From positions 1-54,589 of the IMG/VR virus record IMGVR_UViG_3300022752_000087: 54,589 nucleotides of DNA. One strand, given 5' to 3'. Numbering within the stretch: the stretch's first letter is position 1; each line of letters begins with the position of its first letter. The DNA is from a virus (Duplodnaviria > Caudoviricetes). The position numbers and the translations under genes were made by a program. The notes below the pieces were generated by a model that saw only the letters and a program-made list of their open reading frames with translations, was not told where the DNA came from and did not search any database. Positions 52,118 to 54,589 of the stretch are shown piece after piece.

Positions 52118-52282
52118 TCATCCCTTCTTCAAGAGGTAGCGGATTGTCTGCGATACCGTTGGGCGAAATCCAAACTGCGACTCCAGTTCGTCGGCCTTCT
52201 GGTGGATTGCCTCCACCAGATCGGCATCGACGGTGACGTTGCGGTACTTGGGTGCCTCACCCTTCTTGTTACCTGCCGGCAT
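52118..52282 (-). CDS. 54-aa ribbon-helix-helix-like DNA-binding protein
   Basis: MPAGNKKGEAPKYRNVTVDADLVEAIHQKADELESQFGFRPTVSQTIRYLLKKG; strand-helix-helix pattern; TGATG coupling. Confidence 0.6.
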   Translation of the reverse strand: MPAGNKKGEAPKYRNVTVDADLVEAIHQKADELESQFGFRPTVSQTIRYLLKKG

Positions 52283-53139
52283 CACTGTGCTCCCATGTAG
52301 CTTGACATCAGGTCCATGATCTTACGTGCTTCGGCTGCGGTATCCTGACGCAGGTCAGGGTCATTGCGCAGGCTGTCGGGGTGGTGGTTGATCAGCTTGG
52401 CCTCGACCTCACGGCGCATGGCTTCGAGGTTGGGATCGTCAGCGATGTTGAGGCGTGACAGCAGGTCACAGGTCTCTTGCGCATTGTCCAACATGCTGTC
52501 GCGGAAGATACCCTTGGGATCGGCCAGCTTCTCGGTGATGTGCTGGACGTGCTTGTAGAGCCGGTGCCAGCAGTCGTTCATTGCTTCCTGCTGGATGGTT
52601 GCCATGCGCCCTTCCATGTCCTCCTGAAGGCGTGCCAGTTCATCGCTGGACAACTCCACACGGAAGTCATTGGTCGGCACGGGGAAAATCCCCATGTCCA
52701 TGGCGAACTTGTCAGCCACCTTGTGCTTGTCGGGGTAGTCGGCAGCATCGTAGAGATCACCGAGCCACCGCTTGGCCTCGTCCACGAGGTCGTCGTAGTT
52801 GTCGATGAACATGGTCACGAGGGACTGCCACTCGCCCTTCTCCTTGCGGAAATCCTGCATGAAGGACAGGTAGTTGGCACTCGGCAGGATGCGGGTGCCG
52901 TCGATGCCCCAAGGCAGGGTGTTCTTGGCGAACTTCTCACGGATCACGCCGGTCTTCTGGTGGACATGAGCCAGCAAGTCATTGAGAGGAAGCAGAGACT
53001 TGTTGTAGCGGCCAGCACTGGTGCTGGCACGATTGTTGTCAGCCACTTCCTTGGTCGCCCTCTTGTCCAGTTTGCGGGCAGTCCACTGCGAGATCGACAG
53101 GGACACGAGAAGGGCACGGTCATTCAGCATCATAGTCAT
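52282..53139 (-). CDS. DUF3150-like protein
   Basis: ALLVSLSISQWTARKLD...TLPW...G.RILP...DYP motifs; typical neighbour of AAA/vWA genes. Confidence 0.7.
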   Translation of the reverse strand: MTMMLNDRALLVSLSISQWTARKLDKRATKEVADNNRASTSAGRYNKSLLPLNDLLAHVHQKTGVIREKFAKNTLPWGIDGTRILPSANYLSFMQDFRKEKGEWQSLVTMFIDNYDDLVDEAKRWLGDLYDAADYPDKHKVADKFAMDMGIFPVPTNDFRVELSSDELARLQEDMEGRMATIQQEAMNDCWHRLYKHVQHITEKLADPKGIFRDSMLDNAQETCDLLSRLNIADDPNLEAMRREVEAKLINHHPDSLRNDPDLRQDTAAEARKIMDLMSSYMGAQ

Positions 53140-53157
53140 GTCAGTTACTCCGCTAAG

Positions 53158-53391
53158 TTATTGTTTTCCCATCAGTCTACGCTGTGTCTTGAACACGAGG
53201 TAGTCGGTGGGGTACTGCATCGCCAGTTCATCAAGCCGGGCAAGAGCAGCGCGCCGTGCTGCTTTGCTTGCGTCTATCTGACTGCGTCGGTGCATCAGTT
53301 CTATCCGTTTGTGAGGCTGGCGCTCTATCAGAAACGCCAGCCACGCCTTGGCCTCACTGATTTCCAGTGGACCGACCTCAGAAAAGTACAT
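53158..53391 (-). CDS. Hypothetical protein
   Basis: Overlaps the end of the AAA gene; co-oriented. Confidence 0.6.
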   Translation of the reverse strand: MYFSEVGPLEISEAKAWLAFLIERQPHKRIELMHRRSQIDASKAARRAALARLDELAMQYPTDYLVFKTQRRLMGKQ

Positions 53392-54373
53392 CTTGGTGCT
53401 CGATGCTCCACTTCGTGAACGCTTGCGTGTTGCACAGGTCAGGGTTCTTGCGCACCGCCGAGGAGATGGTCAGAACGCTGAACTCGGGCGGCATCCGCTC
53501 ACTGTAGGTGCAGACACGCTCAAAGTTACCGTCAGTAGCACGGTGAGAGAGCGCACCAGACAGAGCGTAGAGCGTAGCCGGATCGGTCGGCACGTCAGCA
53601 GTGTTGGGGTTCATCAGGATGGCGTCAGGGTTGGGCAGCTTGCGGAAAATCCGCATGAAACCAACGAACTCTGCCGCTGCACCCTCACCGATGGCACCCT
53701 TGAAGCACTCGTACTCAGCTTCGGCAGGCACCACACCGAGGATGTCAGAGATACCCTCAACCCACGAACGGGGCGTCGGGTTGCTGACACGCTGCGGATC
53801 GAAGTCATGCAGCAGACCGGGCCGGAACCGCAGGAAGCTGACAACCTCGGGCTTCACGTTGTGGTCGATCATCCACTTGGTGCTGTCGTTGAGGTCGGTC
53901 TCGAACTCCAAGGTAGTCTCGCGGTTGGCGAGATGGCTCAGAGTGCGGACAGCACCGGCCCTGTCAGCCTGACGATTGCCAGTGGAGACAATCTGCCAGC
54001 CATCAGCCAGAGGTACGCCGTGCAGGTCACGAGCCTGACAGATGTGAGCGATAGCCTTCTGGTGGTCGGGGCTGGCTTGAGTGCGGTCATCGAACAGCAG
54101 GATGCCGCCACGTTCAGTACCCGGCTTGCCCTTGTAGGGAAACCAGTCAGGCATCTTGTAGCCGAAGGCCTTGCCCTGTGCCAGCATGTCAGGGGCACCG
54201 AAGTCCTCGACCGGAGTGAGCGCAGGATTGCGCAGGATCACAGGAACACCAAGCTCTTCGGCCACCTCGTTGACGATGGTGGTCTTGCCGCCGCCCGGAG
54301 GGCCGACGATGATCACGGTACGCTGGATGGGGAAGAGAGCCTTGAGCGTTCCCTTGAGAAGTTCTGCACGCAT
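53378..54373 (-). CDS. MoxR-like AAA+ ATPase
   Basis: Walker A GPPGGGKT, Walker B ILLFDD, sensor-1 STGN, LANR arginine finger, PTPRSW. Confidence 0.9.
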   Translation of the reverse strand: MRAELLKGTLKALFPIQRTVIIVGPPGGGKTTIVNEVAEELGVPVILRNPALTPVEDFGAPDMLAQGKAFGYKMPDWFPYKGKPGTERGGILLFDDRTQASPDHQKAIAHICQARDLHGVPLADGWQIVSTGNRQADRAGAVRTLSHLANRETTLEFETDLNDSTKWMIDHNVKPEVVSFLRFRPGLLHDFDPQRVSNPTPRSWVEGISDILGVVPAEAEYECFKGAIGEGAAAEFVGFMRIFRKLPNPDAILMNPNTADVPTDPATLYALSGALSHRATDGNFERVCTYSERMPPEFSVLTISSAVRKNPDLCNTQAFTKWSIEHQDVLF

Positions 54374-54431
54374 AGATATGTTTCCTTGTGTTGAGCTTAT
54401 TGTATTTGATTAATTCATTCACACGACATCA

Positions 54432-54589
<158 letters not shown>

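Overview
The window is an essentially complete, apparently circularly permuted genome (about 54.6 kb) of a short-tailed (podovirus-like) dsDNA phage. The host is probably an alphaproteobacterium, inferred from a GAAC-N7-GAAC LexA-type box and high-GC codon usage. Both ends of the window fall inside a GGC-NAC hexamer array. The + strand (about 3.6-38.3 kb) carries a free-standing endonuclease, tRNA-Thr(UGU), terminases, portal, scaffold, major capsid, a cluster of tiny basic proteins, tail and fibre genes, a lysis cassette (M15 endolysin, holin, spanins) and three ejection proteins including a 2306-aa polyvalent protein. The - strand (about 38.3-54.4 kb, continuing through 1-2.95 kb) carries primase/DUF927, HTH, SNF2 helicase, VRR-NUC, PD-(D/E)XK nuclease, family A DNA polymerase, an HNH endonuclease, a MoxR-AAA/vWA module and small early genes. 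No integrase or reverse transcriptase was recognised. Most unusual observations: (1) a 254-aa intein with Cys1 plus the class-3 WCT signature inside a 55-aa basic micro-protein; (2) a type II hammerhead ribozyme in the early operon; (3) two Gly-Tyr/Asn/Asp repeat peptides sharing an identical 51-nt leader; (4) a LexA box in front of the tRNA/packaging operon; (5) a candidate anti-Shine-Dalgarno RNA after terL; (6) two insertion cassettes bounded by short direct repeats. Family names come from motif recognition by eye, not from database searches.
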